NCBI RefSeq assembly: GCF_963921235.1
Contig: NC_086108.1
Span: forward strand, 44,146,001-44,210,000
Direction of reading: 5' to 3'
DNA: 64,000 nt
DNA from: Mobula hypostoma
Taxonomy: Eukaryota
This document shows positions 50,934-64,000 of this stretch, piece after piece. The number at the start of each line of letters is the position of its first letter. The stretch's first letter is position 1. Both the position numbers and the translations under genes were made by a program. A model generated the notes under the pieces. That model ran no database searches and was not told the origin of the DNA. It was given only the letters and a program-made list of their open reading frames with translations.

Positions 50934-50993
50934 ATACTTTATTAATCCCGAGGGAAATTTGGTTTCGTTGAAACACATTGAAACAATATATTA

Positions 50994-51224
<231 letters not shown>

Positions 51225-52031
51225 TCAGCTTCAATCGATCCTGCATTGCAACTTATAGACTTGCATGAGCCTTTGATGAAGCAAAAAACTATTGAATTTG
51301 CAAATATAGGATAAAAAGCTTTGGAACGCTAATATGCTGCAGTGTTCAAATCTTCCTTTCCTACAGTACCACATTTGTGTGACCCTACTTTGTACTCTAT
51401 GTTTTAAATATATGCACGCTGCAAATTCACTCCTTGTCACAGTTACTCTGAATACAGATGTTGATTTATAGGCGTACTGACATATCTTCACTGTATTATT
51501 AAATAAAAGAATTAAGAATCAGGGACAAAAGTCATAGGAATATGAATATGTGATTATCAACAACATCATTACAACTTTCTCTCACCTACGTGTTATGAGA
51601 TGTTATTGCCGGATAGCTTTGTTACATTCTTGGATTTCTTCTTTAGTCCAGCAATTAAAAATTTTAAACAATTCTTTCTACATTACAAAACATAATAAGA
51701 TGTAGCCAAAGACATCAGTAATTCTGCAGGCTCAAATTTGACTTGGATGGTTGCTTGAACTTCTTGAAAAAAAAATGTATTGAGGCGTCATATCATAAAT
51801 ATTTGCATGTCAAATTCCTGATACAATGAAAAGACTACCAGACCTGAAGCAAAACATATCTCAGGGCATCATTCCTAACATCTCATTGCAGAGATCAAGG
51901 AGATAGTTAGGAGTCTCAAAAATACCAGAGAGATGAGCATAATAAAGTTGCTCATATGGCCGAAAAGTTTGGTATTGCAAATGTGCATTAGTTTCTTGGT
52001 GGAAAGATGGAGAATTGAGTAAACCAATTAC

Positions 52032-52167
52032 CTTTTTGAATTGTGCTCGAGGAGACCAGATCTTTGATGGTTTCCAAATGGAGCAACCTCATTCGGCGAC
52101 GTTCAACAGCAATACTGTACTCAATCTTCTCCTCAGGTGTTCTTGGAACAATGGGCTTCAGCTGCAC
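52032..52167 (-). CDS. ACOT11: ACOT11 exon, 136 nt (most 5' exon found in the window)
   Basis: ctcgtcag|VQLKPIVPRTPEEKIEYSIAVERRRMRLLHLETIKDLVSSSTIQK|gtaatt; upstream exons not found in the window. Confidence 0.95.
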
Positions 52168-53315
52168 CTGACGAGAGCAGGAAATCAGATATTCATAAAG
52201 AGCCGAGGAAATTTTATTGTCCTTTCCTGAACTTAGTCCAGATAAATTGTTAAATGTGTTACTGGGACCAAACATGAAACCTCTAAATTCAAAGCTAGTA
52301 AGAAGGAAAGCGTGGAAGATTATAACAGAGGTCATGGCCGGATCATGCTATTGAACAGTATTCTACGATTCGACTGGTCTGACAAAATACAGTTAAGATC
52401 AGGACTGTATGGGTTAATGATCTAATCAATACAGTCATGGGTTGATTAGACATGAAAGATGGCTGTTTTTGTTCCTTGGAACCGTAATGTATTTAAAGAA
52501 ATATTTAATCATGCTGATAAACAGGAATGGGGGAAGAAAAATCAACAGAATGAGAAAAAAAAAATGAGGGAAGAGTGGCTAAAACAAAAATTTCCTTTAA
52601 AAGCAGCAAAGCATCAATATTTATAGGAATTACCCGACTCCAGGACAAGCAGGACTGGGAGAAGCAGATGTCACCCTGGGTCATCACACAACCAAATTAC
52701 TGGCCTCCACTACACTGGCAGGAGAAATGCAGATGTTTATCACAGAGGGGAAAGAAAAACTGCCTCTGACACATTGAAATAGAAAGAGAAACAGTTGTCC
52801 TATAAAGGTTATTAATCAAGCACATTTCTGTGATAAAACTGCGTTGGTGCCAGCAGAGGCAAAAGCAATGGTAAAATATTCAAAATTGTGGACACAAGGG
52901 TACAGTATGCTTTGACTGTGACTGAGTCACTGGAATTTGGAAGCTGGTAGATATAAATGATCTTTATTAATCACAAGCAGGTCTTCTGGAGAATGTTTCT
53001 CCTCTCCCCACAATCAACAGTATAATAATGTTTTATACTTTTTTAAATACAAAAACAGGAATAAGTTATTACCTGGTTCCAATGACGATACTTGCTTATT
53101 TCTACAGAATTGCACACTTACAATGGAAGGGTATCCCAGCTGGCAGAGTCTCTTTGCAAAGAGGTGGTAAAGGGATTCCTGGCACAAAAACACCAAGACC
53201 CCCCCCCCAAAATATAACTTTTTTGTTACGGGGTTGAGGGACAGCTCCCCAAATAGCCAGAATGTTAAGTAACAAAACAGTCATGTCCTGAACTGTATAA
53301 TAAGTGCAGGGATAT

Positions 53316-56300
53316 TGTTATGTTTGGGGTATTGGGAAACAGGGTGGCTGTGAATAACAGACACGAGAGACGCAGAGGTGAGGAACAAATGTACAGCTGT
53401 TTATTTTGCTTGTAAGTCATCTACCCGGAATGCCCTCTCACATTACATTCAGTACATAAAACAAAGGGAAGCTTGACATCTACCCATAAAGGTCAAAATA
53501 TACATGAATACACAACATATCTCTCCACTTTCCCACACACAGACAAGCTGTTGAACTATTAACATTTAATGGAGTAATCATCACATTCAGCCGACAACCA
53601 AAAACACTTTTTTCTGAACTTGCGAAAGAGAGTAGACTGCCTCTATTCCCAGACATAAACCTGAGCATTATTATGCCCCATGTGTTGAGGGTTGGTCACT
53701 AAACTACAGACAACCTGGGGATGTTGCCAAAGTCATTTTATCTCTTGGTGGTGTGAGTAGAGATCTTGGGTACTGAATTGTCAGTAGGGGACACCTTAGA
53801 AAGCACAGGTGATGGTGAAGCACTGGCTGTGTCATTTGGTCTCAATGGAAATTCTGCAATCATTGTCTCAGAATCCTGTCCCATTTTTATATCTGGATCT
53901 GGATCTGGACTGGTCAGTTTGTGTTGGTTTTCAGTAGCCTCAGAAATGGGTAACAGCTGATCAACACGCCTTCTCCCGATGTTGTAGTTATCAATTTGCA
54001 CTGTGGACAACACAAGACCAGCTTGTATCACCACCATTATAGGTATCCACTTTGTTCCCGAGTCATTGTTCTGGGCAAGTACCTTCTCTCCTGCTAGAAA
54101 TTTCTATACTTCGCTGTTGCACATCTCTCTGCTTGGGTTTCCTGTTCATTCAATACAATTCGTTTTGTGTTTGGGGGTCTAATCAGTCAAGCCGGATGCA
54201 AAGCTGTCTGTTCATCAGTGCAGTGGCTGAAGCCATTTTGGTGGTGGTGTGAGGTGTGTTGCAGAATATCAGCAAGAAAGTGCTAAGACACTGGTTGAGG
54301 GATCCACTTTCCAATTAATTCTTGAGGGCTTCTTTTATTGTACGAATCATTCAGCAAGGCCATTAGTGGCTGGGTGATATGGTGCTGACTTACATGCCTT
54401 GAACTCTTCAGAAAGGAGTTGTGGGCCATTATCACTCAAGCTGTTGAGGAAGCCTAAAACGGCCAAAAATGGAACAGAGCTCCTCAATGCATTTTTCAGA
54501 CGTAGGGCTCTTCATGATGGCAATCTCAGGCCACTTGCTTGTGCATCCATTATGACCAAGAGCATGTGGCCTTCCACAGGTCCTGCAAAATCTGTGTGCA
54601 TCCTCTGCTATGGTTCTTTGGGCCACTCTCATGGATGCAAAGGAGTAAGTCACTGGCAACGTGGGCATGCTTTGGCCTTCTCTTCAATGGTTACATTCAG
54701 TCCAGGCCCAAAAGTAAATACATGTGATTTCTTTCATGCAGACTATGCCACAGAGTCCTGCATGTTCTACGCAAGCACTTGCTTTCTTAATGGTGGAGGA
54801 ATGACAACACGGTATCCCCATAGTAAACGTGCTTAGACTGTGAGCACCTCCTATCGAGCCTGATAATGTTTCAATCCTATGATTGGTTCTTCTTTCCATT
54901 CGTGAGTTACCACGTCCATTGCTTTAGATAGAACAGTGTCAGTACATGTGTGCTCTGGACCTCCACCACAGTTATCAGCGCTGTAGGTACTTCCTTGAAG
55001 TAAGAGGTCTCTTTCGGTGATGGCTCTAGAGCTGTAACGGTCAAGGGAAGTCTGGATAGTCCATCAGCATTCGAGTGGTGCTCAGACCTCGTGTGCTTTA
55101 TATCATACTGATGTGCAGATCATAACAGAGCTCAACGTTGCTTCCGACTAGCAGTCAGGAAAGAAATGCCCGCATGTGAACCGGAAATTGACGACAAGGG
55201 GCAGTAGTGTACTGATGACAATCTGTCAGTAGTGTAAATCATTGATCAAAGAGGAATTGATAGAATTTATTAACTCCAAAAACAATTGCAAGTGCTTCCT
55301 ACCCAATCTGGGCATCGTGGCTTTCTGCTTTGCTTAAAGTCCTTAATGCGAAAGCAACTGGACGTACTTCACCCGGTGGCATGATGTGTGGGATAACAGT
55401 TCCCCCACCATAGGGTTGATGCATCACAGGCCAACGGTATGGGCAATGACGGGTTGAAATGTGTGAGTGCTTTGTCACAATGTGACAATGTTGTTTTGTC
55501 CTTTTTAAAAGTCTCTTCATAGCTTTTAATTTATTTAAAAGTTCATGAAATGGGTTCAGCATGCTTGCTAAGTTAGGAATAAACTTTGGGTAGTATGTTA
55601 GTAGTCCGAAGAAAGATGTTAATTGACATATTCAGTGGTGATGGAGCCTCTATAGTTGCCTTCACCTTTGACTTATGCCTTCTGAAGCCGAGTTGTTGAT
55701 CGCATGGCCCATATATTCAATCAAAGTTCAAAAGAACAAATAACCATACTTATGGATCCGTGGCCCATATTCCCAGAGTCTCCTTGAGTTTTGTACATGC
55801 TTATGCTCATTCTTCCCAGTAATGAGTAAGTCGATCAAAGAGCATTGCACCCTGTCAACCTGTTCAGAATCTGGTTCACTGCTCATTGAAAAAGCTGAAG
55901 TGATGTCAATTGGAAGCCTTCGCTATCTGAACATCTCTTGTGGGTCACTATAATCAACAGTTCCTGTGACTCTGGCTCCATACGCACCTGCAAGTACGCT
56001 TGTCACAAGGCAATCTTCCTCAATGTCTGTCCTCTGGCCAATAATGTAAAAAAGGTCATCAAAGAGGGGAAGAGGGTGTTGTTCAGCCATAAGAACCAGG
56101 TTAATGGTTACCTTGACATCTGCACAAAGCTTCAAAGACCCATCCCTTTTTAGAACAGGAACCACCGGAGTAGCCCATTTACTTACATACACTGGTTCCA
56201 ATACCTTACTCAGATCAAGTCTTGAAGGTGAATGGAACGGTCTTGCCTTCAGACATTTGATTGTTGTGTCAGACATACAAGCCAGTTTAACAGTGATTCT

Positions 56301-57366
56301 TTTCATACTGCCCAGTTCTCCACTGAATACTTCTGTGTATTTCTTCAATACCTCTTGTAGTCCAGTGCTCTCAACGATCAAGTGCACTTTGTGCCAGTTG
56401 AGTTTGAGCTACTCTAAGCACGAGTGGCCCAGAAGGACTGGATAATTTCCTTTAACAATGTACAACAGAAGTTAATCTCCACTGTAACATGTCCTACTCC
56501 CCTCACTGGAACAACCTCACCAGCGTACGCCTTTACAATCAACCTTGCCCCTTCTGGGGTGAGATGTGGTAATTTCCCCTTGTAAACTGGCTCAGACACC
56601 AGTGTGTGTCCACCTGCATCCTCACTGCAGCCCCATCCAACCATGGGGTCACCCAGTAGCTGTCTTTATGTTCTGAAACAGGTAAAACATGCAAAGCTTC
56701 TCCAACCACAGAGTGAGAGTCACTCAGGCCTACCTGGTTGCACTAGACTGAGTTTTTAGCTCCTATTACAGGAAGAAAAGTTGAAACACAAATATCATCT
56801 GAAATTTGATTTGCCAGTGCAAAATAATTAACCCTTTCAGTAAATGAACTCCATTGTTCTGTTGCTTCGTCATACAGCCACATCCTTCCAAACACCCAAA
56901 CACTGTTGCCTTTTTCAAACATAATCATGTTCCAGAAAGGTTAACGAGTCTCACCCATCTCTCTCTCTCTCTCTCTCCTTCTCTGATTTGTTTTATTTAA
57001 TTGTCCTGTTCTCGTTCTCTCCCCTCAGATTCTTCACTCAGCACACTCCCTCAGTCCCTGCAGCCATTTCCACGTCGCTCACCCACATTCCACAGCGGTA
57101 CTCTGCCAGTAATGCACACAGATGTTCCTCGCCGACGAGAACCAAACTATAAATACCGCATGAGGATTTGTCACCTCATCACGTTTGTGATACTGGGAAT
57201 CCGGGCGGCCGTGAATAAAACTCACCAGACACGGAGAGGTGAGGAAAAATGTGCAGCTGTTTATTTTACTTGTAAATAATGCTCTCTCACATTACGTTCA
57301 GTATGTAACACACAGGGAAGTTTGACAGCAACCTGCAAGGGCCAAAATATACATGAATACATAACA
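53316..57366 (-). mobile_element. Decayed Gypsy/Ty3 LTR retrotransposon
   Basis: Diverged ~200-bp LTRs (53316-53517, ~57177-57366); 5-bp TSD GATAT; minus-strand polypurine tract ~53520-53534; remnants in gag-RT-RNaseH-integrase order (QWSSFTERVNYFALAN; WATPVVPVLKRDGSLKLCADVK; RPVAFALRTLSKAE; ELCSIFGRFRLPQQL). Confidence 0.9.
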
Positions 57367-57619
57367 GATATGACTTTAATGCCTTCCCTCTCATCAGTGT
57401 GAGCCAATTAACATGAATATTCATCTATTGTCTCTCCCTGCATAGATACAGTGGTACAGAAACAAAATCTCCCCCACCGGACGACTGGCTTCTTATCAGT
57501 TGGTGAAAGTTAAATAGTGAACAGGATTCTTTTTGAAGACTGGCTTTTGTTTGACAGAAAGCTCCATAACTCATGAATAACACAAGTAGTAAATTTGCAG
57601 ATGTCAAATTTACTAAAAT

Positions 57620-58014
57620 AGGCGGCATCCTTCAGAGTGAAAATGGTTATCAGGTTTTAGAGAGACCTTGAGGGCAAACAGACCAAGGAGTGGCAGAGCT
57701 CTGAGATGCGTGTGAAAGAGTGAAGCACGAGCACATGGTTCACTTCAAGTGGCATTGCAGGCGGATAGGGTGAAAGGAGGCAGCTTTTGTAAAACAAGGA
57801 TCTGAGTTAAGAAGTTTGGATGTTATGTTACAGTTGTACAAGATGTTGGTGAAGCCATATTTTGAATATTGTGTTCAGTTTTGGTCCCCCTACTATAGGA
57901 AAGATGCTATTAAGCTGGAAAGAGAGCAGAGAACATTTACAAGGATGTTGCAGGGAATCGAGGAACTGAATCTTCCCCTGCATAGTTACAGAGGTTGAGC
58001 AAGTTGGGACATTT
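57620..58014 (+). mobile_element. CR1 fragment, 5' part (split by L1)
   Basis: DVMLQLYKMLVKPYFEYCVQFWSPYYRKDAIKLEREQRTFTRML; continues at 63846. Confidence 0.85.
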
Positions 58015-58567
58015 TTTTATTTTATTTTTATTTGGATAAGGAATTCACAAATATCATGTACTTTTTTCACACATATAACCTTTTCCATTTTTTTATATGT
58101 ATAAAACTACAATTATTTATACATTCTTAAGTACACATTGAGATGATATAAAAGGAAAATAAACACTTAAATAGATAATTATGTACTGTGGTAAATCTAA
58201 CCTATTAGGCCAAGTAATGGAATTAGTTGTTAAGAAAAATGGTAATAATAGTTTCCATATAACCCTTCTGGACCATTTCCACTGGTCCAAAATGTTGTAT
58301 ATAAGCCTATGTAACAACCATTGTAGGTGTTTATATCCTAATTTGTTCATGCTTGCTCCTGCCCGCAGACATAATTATCCAATCCCTATGTACTTATTTA
58401 CTTAATTTTTTCATTTTTTTATCCCTTTCCCAAATCTTTCCCTTTACTTGTGTTAATTCTCTATTTTCCAAAAGAAAACAAAAAAAAAACAGACATTTAG
58501 ACTAGGGGTGCTTACGTTAGCAATATTACTGTGTTGATGAGAAGAGCAGTATAAATCATTAGGAGAG

Positions 58568-61500
58568 TCATCTAAAGTCTGCTCGCATTGGGGTTATATA
58601 TTCAATCCATTTATTCCAGATTTGATAAAATTTTTCTTTTTGAATTCTCAGGGCGTAAGTCAACTTTTCCATTTTAAATATTCCCAAAATAATTTCGTAC
58701 CAATCTTCTAATGCAGGTGGTATTGGATTTAGCCATTTTCTAGTGATTGATTTCTTACTTGCCGCTAAGAGGGCCTGCAGCAACTTTATATCTTCCTTCT
58801 GTTCAGGAAACAATACATGCCCCAAATAGAGCGTCTCAATGTTCAGAGGTATCTGGGACCTAAGTACCTTAACTAATGTTCTATGAATACCTTCCCAAAA
58901 TAGACTTAATTTAAGGCAATCCCAGAAAATATGAAAATGATTTGCCTCCTTGGAGCCGCACCTTCTCCAACACATCACATTTGTATCTTTATATTTTTCC
59001 TGATATGGGGTCTTGAAGTATCTTATAATGTTCTTCCAACAATGTTCTCTCCAAGTCAAAGAATTAGTCGAGGACCATTGAAAGCTGCAGATTTTCCCCC
59101 AAGCCTCCTCTGAAAGTACCAACCCCGCTTCTTTCTCCCACTTCTCTTTAATATACAGTGTATTTACATTTTTAGCATGGGAGAGTGCATTATATAATCG
59201 AGAAACTGATTTACTAGGTATTGAACTGCAAGCCGAATTCAGAATCTTGAAAAATTCTAATTCTACTGTTGATAAGTCTGTATATCTACAACTCTGGTTA
59301 ACATAGTTTCATACTTGAAGGTACCTAAAAAAGTCATTATGTTCTAGGCCATGTTTGTCCTGCAGGATTTGGAAACTTTGTAATACTCTTTTATCTATAA
59401 ATGAGAGGTAGGTTGTAAGACCTTTCTTTATCCACAGCTCAAATCTTTTATCTCCTCTGTTGGGAAGGAATTCGGTATCATATGCACACCATCTAAAGAG
59501 TTTTAACATGTTATTAATTCCACATGAATTAACCACCTTCTGCCATACTTTTAATGTAAGATTTATCCAACTGTTTTTAAATTTTTCCAACTGGACCATC
59601 AATCCTTTGTCAGCTATTGAGGCCTGTAGAGGAAAACTGTCAACTAATCCAAATTCTATTTCCTTCCATCTAGCCTTATATTCCCTATTACACCAATATA
59701 ACAGAGGGGTTAATTGTGAGGCATAAAAATAATTTCTCAGGCAAGGAAGAACCATACCTCCTCCTTCCTTCCCTAACTGTAAGGTGTTATATCGAATTCT
59801 AGGTTTCTTTCCTTGCCAAATGAAGCGGGAAATCCATTTGTCCCATTCCCTGAATTGATTATCATCCACCTCCACCAGTAAAGTACGGAAAAGATACAAT
59901 AACCGAGGAAGAATATTCATTTTTATAGTATTTATCCTTGAATTTAAACTTAAAAAGGGGATAAGATTCCATCTATGCATATCTGCTTTTATCTCTGAGA
60001 TTAATGGTCCATAATTTACCTGTGACAGTGTTGAAAGATCCTTTGGCAGGGTTATTCCTAAATATTTTAATGATTTAGCTTCCCACTTAAGATCGTATGT
60101 ATCCTGCAATTTTTTGGATGGTGTATAATTTAGGGACATAACCTGCATTTTCTTTACATTTATTTTATAACCTGATATTTTCCCAAAGTCATCCAACAGT
60201 GTAAACAATCCTATAAATGATTTTTCTGGTTCACTCAGATAGACCAAAACATCATCTGCGAATAACGCCACTTTCTGTTCAATCCCTGCCACCTTGATAC
60301 CTTTTACGATTTCACTCTGTCTTATTAGTTGGGCAAGCGGTTCAATATATAGCGCAAAAAGGAGAGGAGAAATTGGGCATCCCTGTCTAGTGCCTCTCTC
60401 TAAGATGAAGGAGTCAGAGAGGTCCCCATTTATCTTAATTCGGGCTGTAGGGCTGTCATATAGAGTCTGAATTACTTTAATAAACTTTTCTTGAAAGCCG
60501 AATCTTCCTAACACTCTGTATAGGAATGCCCAACTAACCGAATCAAAAGCTTTCTCAGCGTCCAATCCTACTACCATTGTCTCTGTCTCGTTCTTATTAA
60601 CCTGTTCTAATATGTGCAGAGTTCTCCTTATGTTGTCCTGTGTTTGTCTTTGTTGAATAAATCCAGTCTGGTCTAAATGGATTAGGCCAGGTAAAAGCTT
60701 TTCCAATCTGCGCGCTAATATAGATGTAAATAGTTTGTAATCTAAATTAAGAACACTAATTGGCCGATAATTGCCATATTCTAGTTTATCTTTACCCTCT
60801 TTAGGAATAAATGAAATAATCGCTTCTCTCCAGGAAGGTGGAGTTTCTCCTCTCTGCAAGATCCAATTAAAGGTGTTAAGTAGTAATGGGGCTAACTGTG
60901 TCTTCAGGGACTTGTACCACTCTGAGGTAAACCCATCAGAACCCGGGGACTTTCCAGCCTTTAACCTAGAGATGGCCACGTTCAGTTCTTTGACAGTTAC
61001 TGGTTCTAATAAACTTTCATTTTGTAAATCTGTATGTTTAGGTAGATCTAAAAAATTCAATACACTGTCTATATAGGACTCATTGGGGGCCCGGGGTTGG
61101 GAGTACAGCTCTCGATAATATGTTTCAAAACTCTCTTGAATTTTCCCTATTGTACTCTCCACAAGCTTTGTCTTTGATTCTTTATTTTATGAATTGTATT
61201 GTCTGCTTGTTGTTTTCGTAATTTATATGCTAATAATCTAGCTGATTTACCTCCTACTTCATAATTCTTTTGTCTCAGGTAAAGAAAATTTCTTTGAGTT
61301 TCCAACGTATAAATATCGTTAATTTCACTTTGCAATTTCCTAATTTCCTGTTTTCGATTTGAATTACTTTTGTTGCTATCTACAACTTGAAGTTGTTTTA
61401 ATTTTCCTTGAAGGTCTGCTAATTTTTGTGCATTGATTTTTTTCATGTGAGTGGTAATGGAAATAATTTTCCCTCTCAGTACAGCTTTCAATGTATCCCA

Positions 61501-62363
61501 TAAGATCACTGGTGACGTTTCTCCCGTGTCATTAAGGTCCAGATATTCTTTGATTTCTCCCCTTAATCTCTCCATTACTTTCGGGTTATTGAGTATATGT
61601 GAGTTTAGCCTCCATAGTGTTATAGTGTTTTCCTCATTTTCCTTTCCAGGATTAGAGACATAGAGACTGGGCTATGATCCGACAGATCAATTGTTGCAAT
61701 ATTACAGTTTTTTATCCTGAGTCTATCTGTATTAAAGATAAAGAAATAGTCTATCCTTGAATAGGCTGAATGAGGGAAAGAGTAATATGTATAATCTTTA
61801 CTAGTAGGGTGTAATTCCCTCCAGACATCTATAATTCCCAACTCCTCCATCAATGAATTCACTTTCCGAGTCAGAGGTTTATTCTGAGTAACTATTCTTG
61901 AAGAATCTAATATAGGATTTAATCTAATATTAAAATCCCCTCCACAAATTACTACCCCTCGAGAACTGACCATTAGGTCAAAAATGTGTCTATAAAATGA
62001 CCATTCACTACCTGGAGGAGCATAAACATTCAGCAATGTTACTTCTGTACTTTCTATTCTTCCTGTGATTTTTACAAACCGTCCTTCTTTGTCTCTAGTC
62101 TCTGAAATATGTTCATAATTAAGAGTACTTGATATTAAAGTAGCTACCCCTCTTTTGTGACTCAATTTATATGATGAATAAAATACATGCTTAAAGCCCA
62201 TTCTTTTTAATTTTCCATGTTCAGATTGGCTCATATGTGTTTCCTGGAGGAAAGCTATTTGTGCCCTCTCTTTTTTCAATATAGACATAATCTTATTTCT
62301 TTTAATTGGATTCAAAACCTCATTAACATTATAGGAAATTATTTTTACCAATTCAGTTTGCAT
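58568..62363 (-). pseudogene. L1 ORF2 (endonuclease-RT-C-terminal Cys-rich region), three frameshifts
   Basis: SYNVN, FLQETH, GGDFN, SRIDY, SDH, GKSPGSDG, NYRPISVLN, LDAEKAFD, GTRQGCPISP, LFADD, CWRRCG..HIFWDC. One frameshift is an 8-bp tandem duplication ATAGTGTT at 61614-61629. Confidence 0.93.
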
Positions 62364-62761
62364 TTTTCTCTAGTAGAAAAAAAACACTCTCCTTTTCTAA
62401 CCAAACAGTAAGCAATCCCTTCTCAACAGTAAACCAAGACATATAACCACACCCCAGACATTTTTGAATGTGTAACATTTGAAAATTTTTCCCGACTTCC
62501 CACAGTGAGGCCTGAGCACCAACCCGCCTCAGTTCAGAGGGATAACCTCTATCTTCACCCTGTGTTAGAGGGCCCTCAGCAGTTTGAATAATCATAGAGA
62601 ATTTTCTCCTATTTATGTCTCGACCAAATTGCTATCATTCAAGTTATTCCGCCTAGTTTATTTTCAGTTACCAGTTTTCGTTTTACCTTTAAGTCCGATT
62701 TACTCTTTTCAGTCATTTCTCTTAATTAATCTGTATTCTCTGTACATTCGCGTCTGAATAT

Positions 62762-63712
62762 TTACAGCTTTTCCTTGTAGTTTGACACTCTGGTTCGTGT
62801 GGAGCGTCCTCGCCCCACTAACTGCCACGACTTCTGCCGAATCCTCTCCAGTAGCGACTCCGGTTGGGTGATAACTTTAATAGGTAGTCTCCAGTCCGCC
62901 AGGTCCGACGTTGCCTCCTCCACCGTTGCGTAAGTTTTTGTCCCTTCGTCGTAAAAGACTCTCAGCCGAGCTGGATACAGGGTCTGGAATCTGATGTTGT
63001 TTTCCTTCAGGACTCTCCGTGTTTCCGTATATTCCTTCTGTCTGGCAAGAATCCCCGGTGCGTAGTTGTGGTCTAAACTGATTTTACAGTTGTTCCATAT
63101 GAAACCTTTCTTTTGCCATGCCCTTTTAAGCACCTCTTCCTTCGTTCTGTAACTGAGAAATCTGACCAGAATCGATCTGGGCTGGGCACCTGCCGGAGGC
63201 TGTGGTGCCAACGTGCAGTGAGCCCTTTCTATCTGTAGGTCTTTTGCGGCCGGTATATCAAGGTTCTCTCTAAGCAGCTTCTCCACGAAGGGAATCATCA
63301 ATCCGGGTTTACCTTCAGTTCCTTCGGGAACTCCGTAAATCCTCACATTTTCCCTTCTCGAGCGGCCTTCTTGGCCTATGAGCTTCCACTGGAGCTGGTC
63401 TTGCAGCTTCAGCATTTCTGCTATCACTTCCTCAGCGTTTTGTAGTTTCTCTTCAATTCGAACAATCCTCGCTTCGGTTTCATCTATCCACGAGTTAGTT
63501 TTTACTATTTCTCCTTTAATATCTTCCAGCTGTTTGCTGTTATCTTGTCGGAACTCGCGAATCTCTCCGAGAATCAAAGACAGAGTCACCGATTCCCCCT
63601 CATTATCTCCGTCCTGGCTTGCCATGGGGGAGCTAGGCCTGTCGCCTTGCTGCGTCTCTTTATGTTTATCAGCCTTCGGAGCGGACTTTTTAATCTTGTT
63701 CTTAGACATCAT
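62762..63712 (-). CDS. L1 ORF1 protein (coiled coil, RRM, CTD)
   Basis: EGRSRRENVRIYGVPEG, IERAH, PRSILVRF, LYPARLRV. Confidence 0.9.
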   Translation of the reverse strand: MMSKNKIKKSAPKADKHKETQQGDRPSSPMASQDGDNEGESVTLSLILGEIREFRQDNSKQLEDIKGEIVKTNSWIDETEARIVRIEEKLQNAEEVIAEMLKLQDQLQWKLIGQEGRSRRENVRIYGVPEGTEGKPGLMIPFVEKLLRENLDIPAAKDLQIERAHCTLAPQPPAGAQPRSILVRFLSYRTKEEVLKRAWQKKGFIWNNCKISLDHNYAPGILARQKEYTETRRVLKENNIRFQTLYPARLRVFYDEGTKTYATVEEATSDLADWRLPIKVITQPESLLERIRQKSWQLVGRGRSTRTRVSNYKEKL

Positions 63713-63845
63713 CCTTGCCCCTTTTATTAATATAGTTATGCAATATTAAGTATTTGTCCAAATTCGATTTTGGGGCAGTTTACCTTCTTTTTTGTCGAGA
63801 GACCTTTTCCTTACGCCGCCATTCCCTTGATGACCCGGAAGTCCC

Positions 63846-64000
63846 GCAAGTTGAGACATTTATCATTGCAGCAGAGTGAACTTAAAGAGATGTATAAAAT
63901 TATAAGGAGCATAGATAGGATAAGGGGACTCAGCCTTTCTCCCCCAGGACTGGGGAATCAAGAACTAGGCGACGTAGACTTAAGGTGAGAGGAAAGAGAT
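63846..64000 (+). mobile_element. CR1 fragment, 3' part (split by L1)
   Basis: LKEMYKIIRSIDRI continues the CR1 RT from 57620-58014. Confidence 0.8.

Larger units (their letters stand above)
58015..63845 (-). mobile_element. Full-length L1-clade LINE (ORF1 plus frameshifted APE-RT ORF2)
   Basis: 5' end GGGACTTCCGG..ATGGCGGC; T-rich (poly-A) end at 58015; 16-bp TSD GCAAGTTGRGACATTT (57999-58014, 63846-63861). Confidence 0.95.

Noticed and set aside
52200..57600. Further upstream ACOT11 exons (first hotdog domain)
   Set aside because: No minus-strand segment with matching peptide and splice sites was found; they probably lie beyond the window.

Overview
Vertebrate genomic DNA, most likely a cartilaginous fish such as a ray or shark (inferred from the repeat families). 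The window holds the last coding exon of FAM151A (+, 772-1436) and, converging on it, the last 11 coding exons of ACOT11 (-, 52167 down to 4776), which splice in frame and include one GC-AG intron. The ACOT11 introns are packed with mobile DNA: CR1 and Rex/Babar LINEs, an RTE element, a full-length L1, a decayed Gypsy element, hAT and pogo-like DNA transposons, and Penelope-like elements carrying minimal hammerhead ribozymes. The most unusual item is a ~6 kb Hero/R2-superfamily (REL endonuclease) retrotransposon at 29594-35637. It has a perfect 36-bp terminal direct repeat and a 5' UTR of purine-hexaloop hairpins. Its 3' UTR holds all three hammerhead core strands in a non-canonical, pseudoknotted order. 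Coordinates were read by eye; boundaries of decayed repeats are approximate and family names were not checked against a database.
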